Origin: Chrysochromulina tobinii | Lineage: Eukaryota | Reading direction: 5' to 3' | Length of the DNA stretch: 58,456 bases | NCBI GenBank assembly: GCA_001275005.1 | Contig: JWZX01003199.1 | Span: 1 to 58,456, forward strand | Part shown: positions 43,401 to 53,401 of the stretch, piece by piece | Position numbering within the stretch: position 1 is the stretch's first letter | Layout of the letters: the number at the start of each line of letters is the position of its first letter | Translations under genes and position numbers: made by a program | Notes under the pieces: model-generated | Databases searched by the model: none | Told to the model about the DNA's origin: nothing | The model's input: only the letters and a program-made list of their open reading frames with translations

Positions 43401-45580
43401 CCCTCAGCGGCCCTCACGCCCGTACTAGATGAGGGGAGCAATCAGTTGCAATCAGTTGCAATCAGTTGCAATCAGTTGCAATCAGTTGCAATCAGTTGCA
43501 ATCAGTTGCAATCAGTTGCAATCAGCGGCCCGTACCTGGCCCACATGGAACTGGATGCCCTCGCGGCCCGACTTAGCCTCGCGCTCGGCGAGGTTGGTCG
43601 CGAGATATTCCTCGATCTGGCCCACGTGCCTGATGAGGGAGGCCATCAGCTGCCATCAGCTGCCATTCGGTGCCATCAGTTGCCATGAAGTGCCATCAGC
43701 TGCCATCAGTTGCCATCAGCTGCCATCAGCTGCCATTCGGTGCCATTCGGTGCCATCAGTTGCCATCAGCTGCCATCAGTTGCCATCAGTTGCCATCAGT
43801 TGCCATCAGTTGCCATCCATTGCCATCGATCTTTCTCGATCTGGCCCACGTGCCTGATGGCGCGGTACGTGGCGCTGAGCGCCGCCCTCGAGGCCATTGC
43901 AACGTCGGGCGCCGTGCCGGGCGCGGCGGCGGCGAGGCGGAGTGTGGCGTTCACGGCGCTGCGATGGGCGTTCACGGCGCTGCGATGGGCGTTCACGGTC
44001 GCGGCGGCGGCATCGTCGCCGGCGGCGGCCTCATCAGCGCCCGACACAGCGCCGTCCTCGTCCTCGACGTCGTCGTCCTCCTCCTCCTCGTGCCCTTGCT
44101 CGGCATCCATTGCCAAGGTTGCCGGGGCGCCGTGCTGGGCGCTCGCCGCCGCCGGAGCCAACGGCCCTCCGGCCGCGCCAGACGCCGCGCCGTGCCGAGC
44201 ACTTGCATGCGCCGCGCCCTCGTGCATCGCTATCCCTGCGAGCGTCATCGCCGCCTCGGCTTGCATGCACGAGCGCACGGCGCGCCGCGAGAGCGCGCGC
44301 ACGTCGCGCAGCATGCAAGTGCTCGGCACGGCGCGGCTTGGCCCGAGGCGGCGGGCAGGGGCGGCGCTCGACACGACGCCCTCGCCGAGCAGCTCACGGG
44401 GAGAGGCGGTGGCGCCCGGGACGGCGCTCGCTCCGCGCGGGTGCAGCAGCTCGATCCCGCCGGCCTGCTCGCGCTGTGTGGAGCGGACGAGCGCTGTGTT
44501 GAGCGCATCCACGGCGTCGGCGGGAGAGCGGGCAGAGGCCACCGCAGAGGCCAGGGTTGCAGCAGCAGACGCCGCCGCTGCGCTCTCCGCCGATGCCGAT
44601 GCCGCCGCCGCCGCCGCCGCCGCCAGCCGCCGCCTCGCGAGTTCCGTGGCTTCCCGTTCGGTGGCCGCGAGCACGAAGGCACCCATGCCGGCGGAGACGC
44701 TAGAGAACGAGGCGAGCAGCGGCGCCACCTGATGAGGGACGCACTCAGCGGCAATCAGCATGCAATCAGCATGCAATCAGCATGCAATCAGCATGCAATC
44801 AGGGTTGGGCATGGGGCGAGGGCTGGGAGCCGGCTGAGGCGGAGCAGCGGGCGGTACCTGCCGCAGCAGCGCCGCCAGCGGTGGCTCGTGTCTGGAAGGC
44901 TCGAGCTCGCTCCCCGGATAGGCGAATGCGAGCTGCTCGGAGGGCACGAAGCGGCCGTGCGTGCCATCAAACGCCGGGAAGATGGCCGCGGACAGGCTCG
45001 GGTGCAGGATGCGTCGATGCGAGAGCGGCACTCGCTCGAGATTCTCCTGGGCGACGTATCGAACATCACGTGGGCCACCGAGGTGCTCGATGCAGTCGGC
45101 GAGGTCGGGGAGCATCTTGTAAAAGGGCTGCTCGGTGCCGCTCGGCAGGTTCTGCACGCCGTCCCACGAGGAGACATCCACCGCGGGCCGCCGGTCCCAC
45201 CCGATCACGACGGCGCGGAAGCCGAAGACCTTGTGTCTCAGAACTTCGCCGATCTGGTAGTGGATGCCTCGCCTGTCGGCCTTGTCCACGCGCCGCTTGA
45301 CCGTCTCCTCGCACTCGCTGTGCAGCTCGCCGAGCGCGCGGAGGGCTTGGAACGCGCCGTCCAGGGTGCCTCCCTCGTCGCGCCACGCCGCGCGCAGCAG
45401 CGCCTGCAAGCCACGCTGGTCCGTGGGCTTGAGCCGTCGCGCGAGCGCGCTCACATTGTCAGGGAGATTTCCGAGGGGCACCGTGAAGCGCGAGTGGCGG
45501 ACGGCCGGTGCCATCGTCGAGCGCCACATCGCGCGGTAGAGACTGAGCGTCACCGAGCGCTCTGCGGCTGGGATCGCCAT
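40423..45580 (-). CDS. Protein with two YccV/HspQ-like (hemimethylated-DNA-binding) domains and C-terminal TPRs, join(45580..44858,44728..43854,43629..43536,43168..42971,42769..42737,42565..42128,41428..41164,40843..40629,40542..40423), ~986 aa
   Basis: Domain 1: YQIGEVLRHKVFGFRAVVIGWD...QPFY...RYVAQENL. Domain 2 is rebuilt by splicing: FHVGQ|VLRHRKFGFRAVVFGWD...QPFY...RYVAQ|ENLE. TPR: AESYARRANVHVRQSKHQRALADAEKALALEP. All eight intron phases are consistent; two introns have GC donors. The last exon is less certain. Confidence 0.82.
41429..42127 (-). repeat. 699-nt GC-AG intron filled with an 11-nt microsatellite mosaic (ATCAGAGGTCC/ATCAGAGGGAC/ATCAGAGGGCC on +)
   Basis: Array spans ~41444-42085. 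17-bp direct repeat CTCGGCGGTGCTTGCCT at 41414-41430 and 42113-42129. Confidence 0.88.
43630..43853 (-). repeat. 224-nt GC-AG intron of (ATCAG(C/T)TGCC)n decamers
   Basis: 25-bp direct repeat CTCGATCTGGCCCACGTGCCTGATG at 43611-43635 and 43835-43859. Confidence 0.85.
44184..44337. repeat. Perfect 27-bp inverted repeat pair inside a predicted exon
   Basis: 44184-44210 (GCCGCGCCGTGCCGAGCACTTGCATGC) is the exact reverse complement of 44311-44337. Confidence 0.9.
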
Positions 45581-45723
45581 TCGAGAAAAAAGTCAAACTC
45601 TTTCATATGAAAACACACAACACGTAAGCAGCACACAGCGTGTAAAAATTCCACACCCATCATGGTGAGCCGCACTTTGTACATGTTCCGGAAGCGTCCA
45701 TTTATGGGAGCGACGAAACTGCA

Positions 45724-46662
45724 ATGGTGCCGATGGATGTACCCTCTGGCACCGCCGCCGCCTGCAATGCGGCCGCGCCAACACTCAACGCTAGCAGCAC
45801 CTTCTCGCTGCGCGAGGGCGGCGAGATGCCCATCGTCGGCTTGGGAGGAGGCATCTTTCAGGACGCCGAAAGTGCCTTCGCATCCGCCCTCGAGGTGGGG
45901 TACCGCCTGATAGACACAGCTCCCAAGTACGGCGAGTCTGAGGCCGCGCTAGGCCGCGCGTGGACGACCAGCGGCGTGCCACGGTCGGAGCTCTTCCTGA
46001 CATCCAAGGTCGGAAACGTCGGCTACGCGGCCGCGCTGCAATCGCTCGAAGCGAGCCTCGCCAAGCTTCAGACGACATACCTGGATCTGCTGCTCATGCA
46101 CTCAGCGGTGCACCAGCCCGTCGCCAAGCAGCCGCGCTCCAAGCTCCACGCTGAGAACAGGCTGGCCACATGGAAGGCGCTGCTCGAGGCGCGCGCCGCG
46201 GGCAAGGTGAGGGCGATAGGCGTGTGTAACCACTCTCCGCGGCAGATTTCGCAGTATGTGCCACTGCCAGCCGTGTGGCAGCTCGAGTACCACGCGCTTC
46301 GTCAGCATCCCGCGTGGCTGCAGTACGCCCGCGAGAAGGGCATCGCTCTGCAGGCGTACGGCGGCGGCGGCGGCGGCTGGCAGCTGTGGAAGAAGGACCC
46401 AAATTTGGACTTGCTCGGCCGAGCGCCCATTACGGCGGCCGCGAAAGCGCACGCACGCTCGCCGCACCAGATCTCACTGCGCTGGCAGATCGAGCAGGGC
46501 CTCTGCATCATCCCCAAGGCCGCCACGCGTGCGCACCAGATCGAGAATCGAATCCTGTTTGACTTTGCCCTTAGTGAATCGGAGGCCGAGGCGATCGGCG
46601 CGCTGCGCAGCGAGGGGCCTCTGTCGCTGTACGGGTTTCGGGATCCCGATGAGTACCTGTGA
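45724..46662 (+). CDS. Aldo-keto reductase (312 aa)
   Basis: MPIVGLG, GYRLIDTAPKYGESE, RSELFLTSK, LQTTYLDLLLMH, GKVRAIGVCN, QISLRW...IIPK. Confidence 0.95.
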   Translation: MVPMDVPSGTAAACNAAAPTLNASSTFSLREGGEMPIVGLGGGIFQDAESAFASALEVGYRLIDTAPKYGESEAALGRAWTTSGVPRSELFLTSKVGNVGYAAALQSLEASLAKLQTTYLDLLLMHSAVHQPVAKQPRSKLHAENRLATWKALLEARAAGKVRAIGVCNHSPRQISQYVPLPAVWQLEYHALRQHPAWLQYAREKGIALQAYGGGGGGWQLWKKDPNLDLLGRAPITAAAKAHARSPHQISLRWQIEQGLCIIPKAATRAHQIENRILFDFALSESEAEAIGALRSEGPLSLYGFRDPDEYL

Positions 46663-46776
46663 CAGATCGGATCTCGCTTGAAGATAAGGGGTCCGAGATT
46701 ACAGGGAGAACCCCCCGCTCACGTGTTCACAACGCTCTCCCATTTCACGCGACAACCGCTGTCCTGCGCCACAGCC

Positions 46777-47760
46777 ATGCCGATGATCAAATACGTGCAG
46801 AATCGCAGCAACTTGACATGTGCGATCGGCCATCGACGAGTGGCCTTTGACACCCCCGACATCCTGTACCGCACCTATTGCAACTTGTCGGCCAGCCGGT
46901 GCATCTGCAGCGAAGGCTGCGGCTCCTCGTGGCTTTGTAGGCCGTCGGAATTGTGTAACACGCCGTCGCCGCCTAATGTGAGCGCCGACGACCGGCCGCT
47001 GCCACCGCGTGTCGCGCTGCTGCTCTTCTTGATGTACAACAGGTCGCTCGTCCGCACCAAGTTCCAGCACAAGCCTTGGTTGGCGTACGACCGCGAGTTT
47101 AATCGCATCAGCTGGTTCATCCGTTCGGCGGGCAAGGTGAAGACGCGGCTGCCGTTGCACGTGATCGTCGGGCCGGAGCGCGACTTAAGCAAGGAGCGCA
47201 AACTCATCCAGGAAGGGCACCGGCACAAGGTCAACGTGAGCGTGACCGAGGGACCGTTTGTAGTGCCCCCATTGTGGGCCAACCGTTACCACCGATTGAC
47301 GTTTGGCAAGATTGGTGCGCTCGCGCTGACGCAGTTCGACAAGGTGTTCGTGTTCGACAACGACATGGCGCTCGCCCACAATATCGACCACCTCGCATTC
47401 GTGCAGACGCCCTCTGCTGTGTGGCATACCTCGATGGCTCGATGGCAGTGGCGACATAATGAGTCTTGCGCGGTGACCACGGGACTGCTCGGGCTGACGC
47501 CGTCGGCTGCGGAGTTTGGGCGGGCGCTGAGGCATCTGTACTCGATGTCCAACAAGTCCACGTACGACGGCGGCGACCAGGAGTTTTGGCGCCTCTTTTA
47601 CACTTGGTATGAGCTGCCGCTTCGATACCAGGCGCACCAAGCACTCAACATGCCCGCGCGAGATTGGCACGAGATCCGCGTGATCCATTCCATCTCGGCG
47701 CTGCGCGAGGTGAATAGGATACCGAAGGACATGCGCCACCTCATCAAGTACTATTACTGA
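46777..47760 (+). CDS. Glycosyltransferase family 8 (glycogenin-like) protein
   Basis: TFGKIGALALTQFDKVFVFDND (DxD), NIDHL, DGGDQEF, ELPLRYQ, VIH. Start codon uncertain. Confidence 0.85.
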   Translation: MPMIKYVQNRSNLTCAIGHRRVAFDTPDILYRTYCNLSASRCICSEGCGSSWLCRPSELCNTPSPPNVSADDRPLPPRVALLLFLMYNRSLVRTKFQHKPWLAYDREFNRISWFIRSAGKVKTRLPLHVIVGPERDLSKERKLIQEGHRHKVNVSVTEGPFVVPPLWANRYHRLTFGKIGALALTQFDKVFVFDNDMALAHNIDHLAFVQTPSAVWHTSMARWQWRHNESCAVTTGLLGLTPSAAEFGRALRHLYSMSNKSTYDGGDQEFWRLFYTWYELPLRYQAHQALNMPARDWHEIRVIHSISALREVNRIPKDMRHLIKYYY

Positions 47761-48276
47761 CTGGGCTAGCGAGTGGCTCATGGATGGTGCCGTAAGGTGC
47801 CCGTTACGCAATGCCGTTACGGCGCTTGATTGGCAGTCTCGACAGACAGGGCACTGGCCACTGTTGCGTTGCCGACGCCTGCGATGACCCGAGACACGAC
47901 GAAACGACCTGTGGGCTTACAGGTGTTTTTCCTTGGTGTTCAACACTTACCCTAAATAAGTAATGACAGCGGTCTGACACCGATCTCGCCGCCAAATTCA
48001 CACTAAGTTTTGAAGGATGTAGTACTGACAACGAGTGTGTGTCCCGTGTGTGTCCCGGCTCCCCCCGGAGTCTTTTTACCGGTACTGACAACGAGGAACT
48101 CTCCTTCTCGTACGCACGTTGAACCGCGGAGAATGCCGCTGCGCAGACACTCCCATGGAGGCCGCGATTGGCTGCTTCACGGTGACGCCCAAGCTCAAAC
48201 GTGCGGAGGCGCGCCAGAGAATCTGCGGCGTGCGGCGCTCTAAGCCCAGGACGTTACATATAGTAGACACATTCTG

Positions 48277-49601
48277 ATGTTGCCTGGCGAGGAGGACGTT
48301 GCGCCTCGCCAGCGCCGCAAGTGGGTGATCGGCACGCCGACGCACGTGCTCCCCACTGAAAGTGGGGACTATGTGCTACTCACCCGGCCGCGGCTTACGC
48401 CTCCACCTGGATCGCCACAACTGACTCCGATCCAGCCACCACCCTTGAGAGGGCGGCCCAACCAGTTGTTTTCGCCGCCTGTGGATTGGGAGCGATTGGA
48501 GTCGCGCTTGCAGCCGCTGGCTGCGCTCAATAAGGCACCGGTGGGTGCGTCCAAACCGGACCTGTGCGTGCAGTCCAGCGGCATGCGGCTCACAGCGGCG
48601 AGGTGTGCAAGCGAGGTTGTGCAGCCACGCCGCCGAATGGAAGCGTGATGCGCATGCGACGTGCACGCACGCGCGCGAGAGGAGGTCCAGCTTGCCGCAG
48701 CGCTCCGCGAGAGCGAGCGACTCGCGGTGGCGCACCGGGCGGCGCCTCTCACCGCTGCCGAGGAGGCGGCGTCGCTCGAGGTAGCGGTGCGAGCGAGCTT
48801 GCAGCTTGGACGACGCGGCGGCGCCGAACTCGTCGGCAGTGCACGCCGCGTACGCATCGCAGTTGATTGCAGAGATGGAGCCGAGCTCTCGGTGGCTGCG
48901 GGCCGAAGGTCTTCGTCGGAGGAATCGAGTGAGGCGACAAGGAGCGGTGAGGACGCGCCAGGCAACGAAGCAGTGCCAGGCAGTCAAGCGGCGCCAGGCG
49001 AGGCGGCGGAGGCAGGGCACCTAGCGGGGGCAGGGCACACAGCGGCGGCGCTCGAAGCTGTTTGCGCGAGCGCCGCGGCGCGTGCACGATAATCGCTCAG
49101 TACGGCGCGTCGCACGAAGGCGGCTGTGGAAGAGTGCTCAGTACGGCGCGTTACGCGAAGGCGACTGTGGAAGAGCGCTCAGTACGGCGCGTCGCACGAA
49201 GGCGGTTGTGGAAGAGCGCTCAGTACGGCGCGTTGCGCGAAGGTGGCTGTGGAAGAGCGCTCAGTACGGCGCGTCGCACGAAGGCGGCTGTGGAAGAGCG
49301 ACAGCTCGTCGCCGCCATCGAAGCCAGTCTGGCGTCGCGCGCGTCGTGGCGGGGCACCGCGGACTCGGACGGGCGTTACACTCGCGAGGTCACGCGGCTC
49401 GCATGCATGCAGGCGGAGGCAGCCACATGGGCATGCACAGGGGCACCCGCCAGCCATGTCGCCATCTCGAGGTACGGCGCTCAGCACGGCGCGCGTGGAT
49501 CCCGCGTGGTGGCGCCGGCGCGGGAAGCGCCCTCGGCGCGCGGGCGATTGGACGTGCCATTGCCTATTGCACGTCGCATTCTCGAGACCTCTGTCGCCTG
49601 A
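48277..49601 (+). CDS. Putative UIM-motif protein; exon structure unresolved or gene disrupted
   Basis: Three consecutive + ORFs. The second and third carry UIM-like helices EEVQLAAALRES, EAASLEVAVRASL and ERQLVAAIEASL. Stops at 48646 and 49090 are not explained by obvious introns. Confidence 0.35.
49095..49300. repeat. 41-bp minisatellite, 5 copies
   Basis: CTCAGTACGGCGCG at 49096, 49137, 49178, 49219 and 49260. Confidence 0.92.
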
Positions 49602-50099
49602 TCGCTGATGAGGGAGAGCACTAGTGACTAGATGACCCTGCCAGGGTCTTCGGTTTGGGAACCGGTCGCGCCCCGCGCGGGCGCGGGCCCGCCCCCGGTA
49701 CCGCGCGCAGTATAAATCTAAAAAACCGTAAAAGAAAAAACCGGTAAGCGGTAGGCGCGGCGGCGAGAAATCATAACATCATGCCCTCCCAGCACTGGCC
49801 GACTGTGGGGAACGCAATCGGACAACGCGACAGAAACTGATGGTATGCGGCATGAGATCGGGCATGAGACACGAGACCAGCTTTCAATATCCACACGACG
49901 AATCATATCCCCCCCGAACGAAATCCAATCACTGCGAACTTGCATCGTTCTCCGGCTGGTGCCTCGCGCCGCCTTCCACGATCGGCTTCCACATGCATGC
50001 ACAAGATAAGTCCAGTTCTTAGTTCCGTACCCCGTGCTGTGGGCTGGGCAGCGGAGCCACCAGAGGTGCACGTGCCAAGTCCCAAGACCCTGCCAGGCT

Positions 50100-50969
50100 T
50101 TAGACGATGTACGTCTTCGTGGAGGGCGGCGACTTGGTCTCATATTGCAAGCGCTGGACCTGGCCAGGCATCCGCTGCCTAAAGTGGCGCTTGAGGCGCT
50201 CGAGGAGCTTTTCTGAGCGCTGCTCGAAGGCACGGCTCAGCACGATCACGACCGTCGAAGCAGGTCCTCCAGGCCCCCCGACCAGCCGCACCTCCGCAAA
50301 CATGTCGCGAGCTTGGCCCCATTGCGACGGCGAGACGTTGCAGTACTCGCAAATGGCTTTGGCGTAGTCGCTCGCCGCAAACTCCTGCAGCACTGCGTAC
50401 ACGGACTCCATCTCTGATGAGCCGCCATGCACTCTGGTCTCCCCCTGGTCGCCCGGGTGGTTCGTGATCGATGCCTCGGGCGCGTATGCGGAATCTGAAG
50501 CGCCCACTCCCGCCCGCAATCGGCTGCGCTGGGAGGCCATGAGCTGCTCGCGTACCGACAGCCCTCGCGCTGGGACTTGCTGGGGCGGCGGCCTGGCAAA
50601 CTGCTGCGGCGGCATGGCCTGCTGGGGCGGCGGCCTGGCAAACTGCTGCGGTGGCATGGCTTGTGGAGGCGGCGGCCTGGCAAACTGCTGCTGCGGCATC
50701 GAGCTCCGCGGAGGCGCGGTCACTAAAGGTGAGGCGTCTCGCGTTGGGGCAGCGTGCTGAGGGGCCATGGACGCGCCGCTTCTTGCTGCTCGAGCAGCAG
50801 CCCTGCTAGCAGCAGAGTCTGCGGAGTACCGTTGCTGCAGTATGGGATATGCCCGTGCTTGCGCTGTAGTGGTGGTCGAGCAGCTCACACTTGACTGGAA
50901 GGCCGAGGCGCAACCAGCCTGCAGCAGAGCGGCAGCGACGGCGAGCACCATCTGCAATGACCGTACCAT
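50100..50969 (-). CDS. Hypothetical, probably plastid-targeted protein with PPQQFARPPP repeats (~289 aa)
   Basis: Signal peptide followed by ASAF motif (LLQAGCASAF). Three 42-bp repeats. Globular C-terminus with CxxC (CEYC). Confidence 0.7.
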   Translation of the reverse strand: MVRSLQMVLAVAAALLQAGCASAFQSSVSCSTTTTAQARAYPILQQRYSADSAASRAAARAARSGASMAPQHAAPTRDASPLVTAPPRSSMPQQQFARPPPPQAMPPQQFARPPPQQAMPPQQFARPPPQQVPARGLSVREQLMASQRSRLRAGVGASDSAYAPEASITNHPGDQGETRVHGGSSEMESVYAVLQEFAASDYAKAICEYCNVSPSQWGQARDMFAEVRLVGGPGGPASTVVIVLSRAFEQRSEKLLERLKRHFRQRMPGQVQRLQYETKSPPSTKTYIV

Positions 50970-51156
50970 GTGATCGTGCGTGAGAAGATTGTCGAGACGA
51001 AGAGAAAGTGAGCACAAAAATCGTCAAAAATGATGCAGCGATGTGATCAACACAACGCGCGTTTCTCCTCACTACATGTATCACCATGGACGGAGGTGTG
51101 GCCGACACAACCTTTGTTTCGTCAGTATTACCAGCCAATTCACACCGGATGACGAG

Positions 51157-52822
51157 ATGCTCACGACGATGTGGACCTCGGTGGCTTTGGGCCTGCATGG
51201 CGTCGTGCGACCACCGCGAGTGGTCGTGCGAGTCGCCGAGGCTGGTTTCGTCGACCACGAAAACCTCGAGCGTGGCGAGACCTGCTCGCTCGCGCTCAAG
51301 GCGTTTGATGCCTCGGACCACTTCCTCTGCGCTGGCGCCCTCGTGCGGCGGCGCAGCTCGTCGCTCGGCTACGAGGTGCACGACTGCTGGATCGCGGATA
51401 GCATCGAGAGTGGCGTGGGGCCCAATCTGCAGACGCGCGGCGCGCAGCTCATCCTCGATGCGCTATTCCTGCACCACCTGGAGGCGAGGACGCGTGGCAA
51501 TGACGTGGTGCAATTCTCTGTCTTCGCCGGCGACGGTACCGGGTGCTACGCGGCCTCGCACGTGGCCGCGCGCTCGCGCGGCTTCGTGCGCGAGTCCACG
51601 TGCGCCGATAGTGACGAACGCACCCTCACCTTTTGTGAAGACACGGGACGCCAGCGCTATGAGGAGGAGATCGCTGCTTTCGGGACGGCGGTCGAGACGG
51701 CGCCCGAGACGGCGCCCGAGACGGCGCCTGCGACGGCGCCCGAGACGGCGGCGGCAGAGGACGGTGCGGCGGCGGCAGAGGACGGTGCGGCGGCGGCGGC
51801 ACGAGTGCAGCAGCTTCGCGTCGTGCGCGGCATCCTGCAGCACTTGCGCGTCCAGACGCCGGACACGACGCTCGAAGGTGGCTCACGAGGACGTGCCCGG
51901 CGCAGTGCCCGCCACGTCGTCCGGGGCCCAACGATGTCGTCGTCGCTCCTGACGAACCTTCCAAGAGATGACGACGACTACTCGCTCCCTCCGCATCTTT
52001 TGGAAGGTTCGTCCGGTTCGTCAGGTTCGTCAGGTTCGTCAGATGACGACGACTCCTCCCTCCCTCCGCCGGACGATGACTACTCTCTTCCAATCGCGCC
52101 TACTCGCACCACCTCAATCAGCGGCACTCATGGGTCATCAGTGGCAATCACCTCAATCAGCGGCAGCCGCGGCAGCCGCGGCTTCAGCAACGTCCTTCCT
52201 CATGGTTTCATCAGTGGCTTCAGCGACGTCCTTGCGGATTTACGCTCCGATGAGTGGCAGCCGTTACGCACCTCGTCGCGTTGGCGCAACCCGTGCTTCA
52301 TTTCGTCCTTCTTCACGGTTTCGTCAGTGGCGAGCGCGTGCCATCACGGCGCGGTGCACTTTGGCGTTGGGCCGCTCCTCGTTCTCTTGTCATCTATTCT
52401 CTACTGGCAGAATCCGGTCGGGGAGATCGCCTCCACCCTGATCGTCTCTTTGTGGCCACTGATGACCACTGATTGCCACTGATTGCCGCTGAGGGTCACT
52501 GATTGCCACTGATTGCCACTGAGGGCCACTGATGACCTTTGATGGCCTCCATCATCAGGTGAAGGAGAGCGCCCGGCGCGCTGTCGACCTTGTCACCGTG
52601 CGTGTAGGCATGGCTTGCCAGATATGGTTAGCAAGCCGCTCATGCGCACCGGGCTGGGCGCCGCGGATCTTTGGCGGGTACGCACTTGGGGCGCTCTGCT
52701 ATGCCGTCGGCCGAGTGCTCACGGTGCGTGGTCATCTGCTGCCGGGCGCGTTCGTGCACTGTGGCGTGCACCTCTTCGCGAATGTAGGCAACCTGCTCAT
52801 CTTGCCGTTGGTTCGGGGCTGA
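51157..52822 (+). CDS. Hypothetical protein with a soluble N-terminal domain and C-terminal multi-pass membrane domain, join(51157..52416,52559..52822), ~507 aa
   Basis: Repeat-type intron 52417-52558 with CCTCCATCATCAG acceptor. Spliced SSILYWQNP|VKESARRAVD and HCGVHLFANVGN. Could be two adjacent genes. Confidence 0.6.
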
Positions 52823-53401
52823 ACACTGGAACTGCCAACAGTAAACGTAAGTAAACGGGTATGCCAAGGGGAAGCCCCTTGGGTATGCGAAGCTCACCGT
52901 GCACCTTGCACCTACCTTGCACCGTGGGGCTAGGGCTGGGCGAGGGCTGGGGGCTGGGCGTACCCCCTTCATCTTCCGCCATCGAGGACGGCCCGGCTAT
53001 ACCACATGGGCTATAACGGCATCCACGCCCTGTGTGCCCACGCCACAAGCACATTGTGAGCACAATGACAAATACGAGCGCATCTCCTAAAATTCATCTG
53101 ACGTGGCGGTAGATGTTGACGCCCAGCGCTTACGTTATAGTTTCGTTATAGTCCGGTCCTCCCCGCACCTCGACCTCCACCGTCTCCGCTCCACCCTCAC
53201 CACGCGACGCCGACGACGCGCGCACGATCGTGGCGTATCGTATGGTGAGTTGTATACCCCGCGTGCCCGAAAGCCGAATATGAAGAGTTTCAGTTTCGAG
53301 TTATAACGAGTTCGCGCAATCGTGCAGAACGCGCGACGCTGAACGAGCTACGCTTGTATCATTTGAACCGAACCGAATAAGCACAAGAACGCTTTTAACG
53401 G

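Noticed and set aside
43670..45610. 646-aa plus-strand ORF
   Set aside because: Antisense shadow of a GC-rich gene plus intron repeats; no domain motifs.
49095..49300. CRISPR-like array
   Set aside because: Contiguous 41-bp tandem repeat without spacers.
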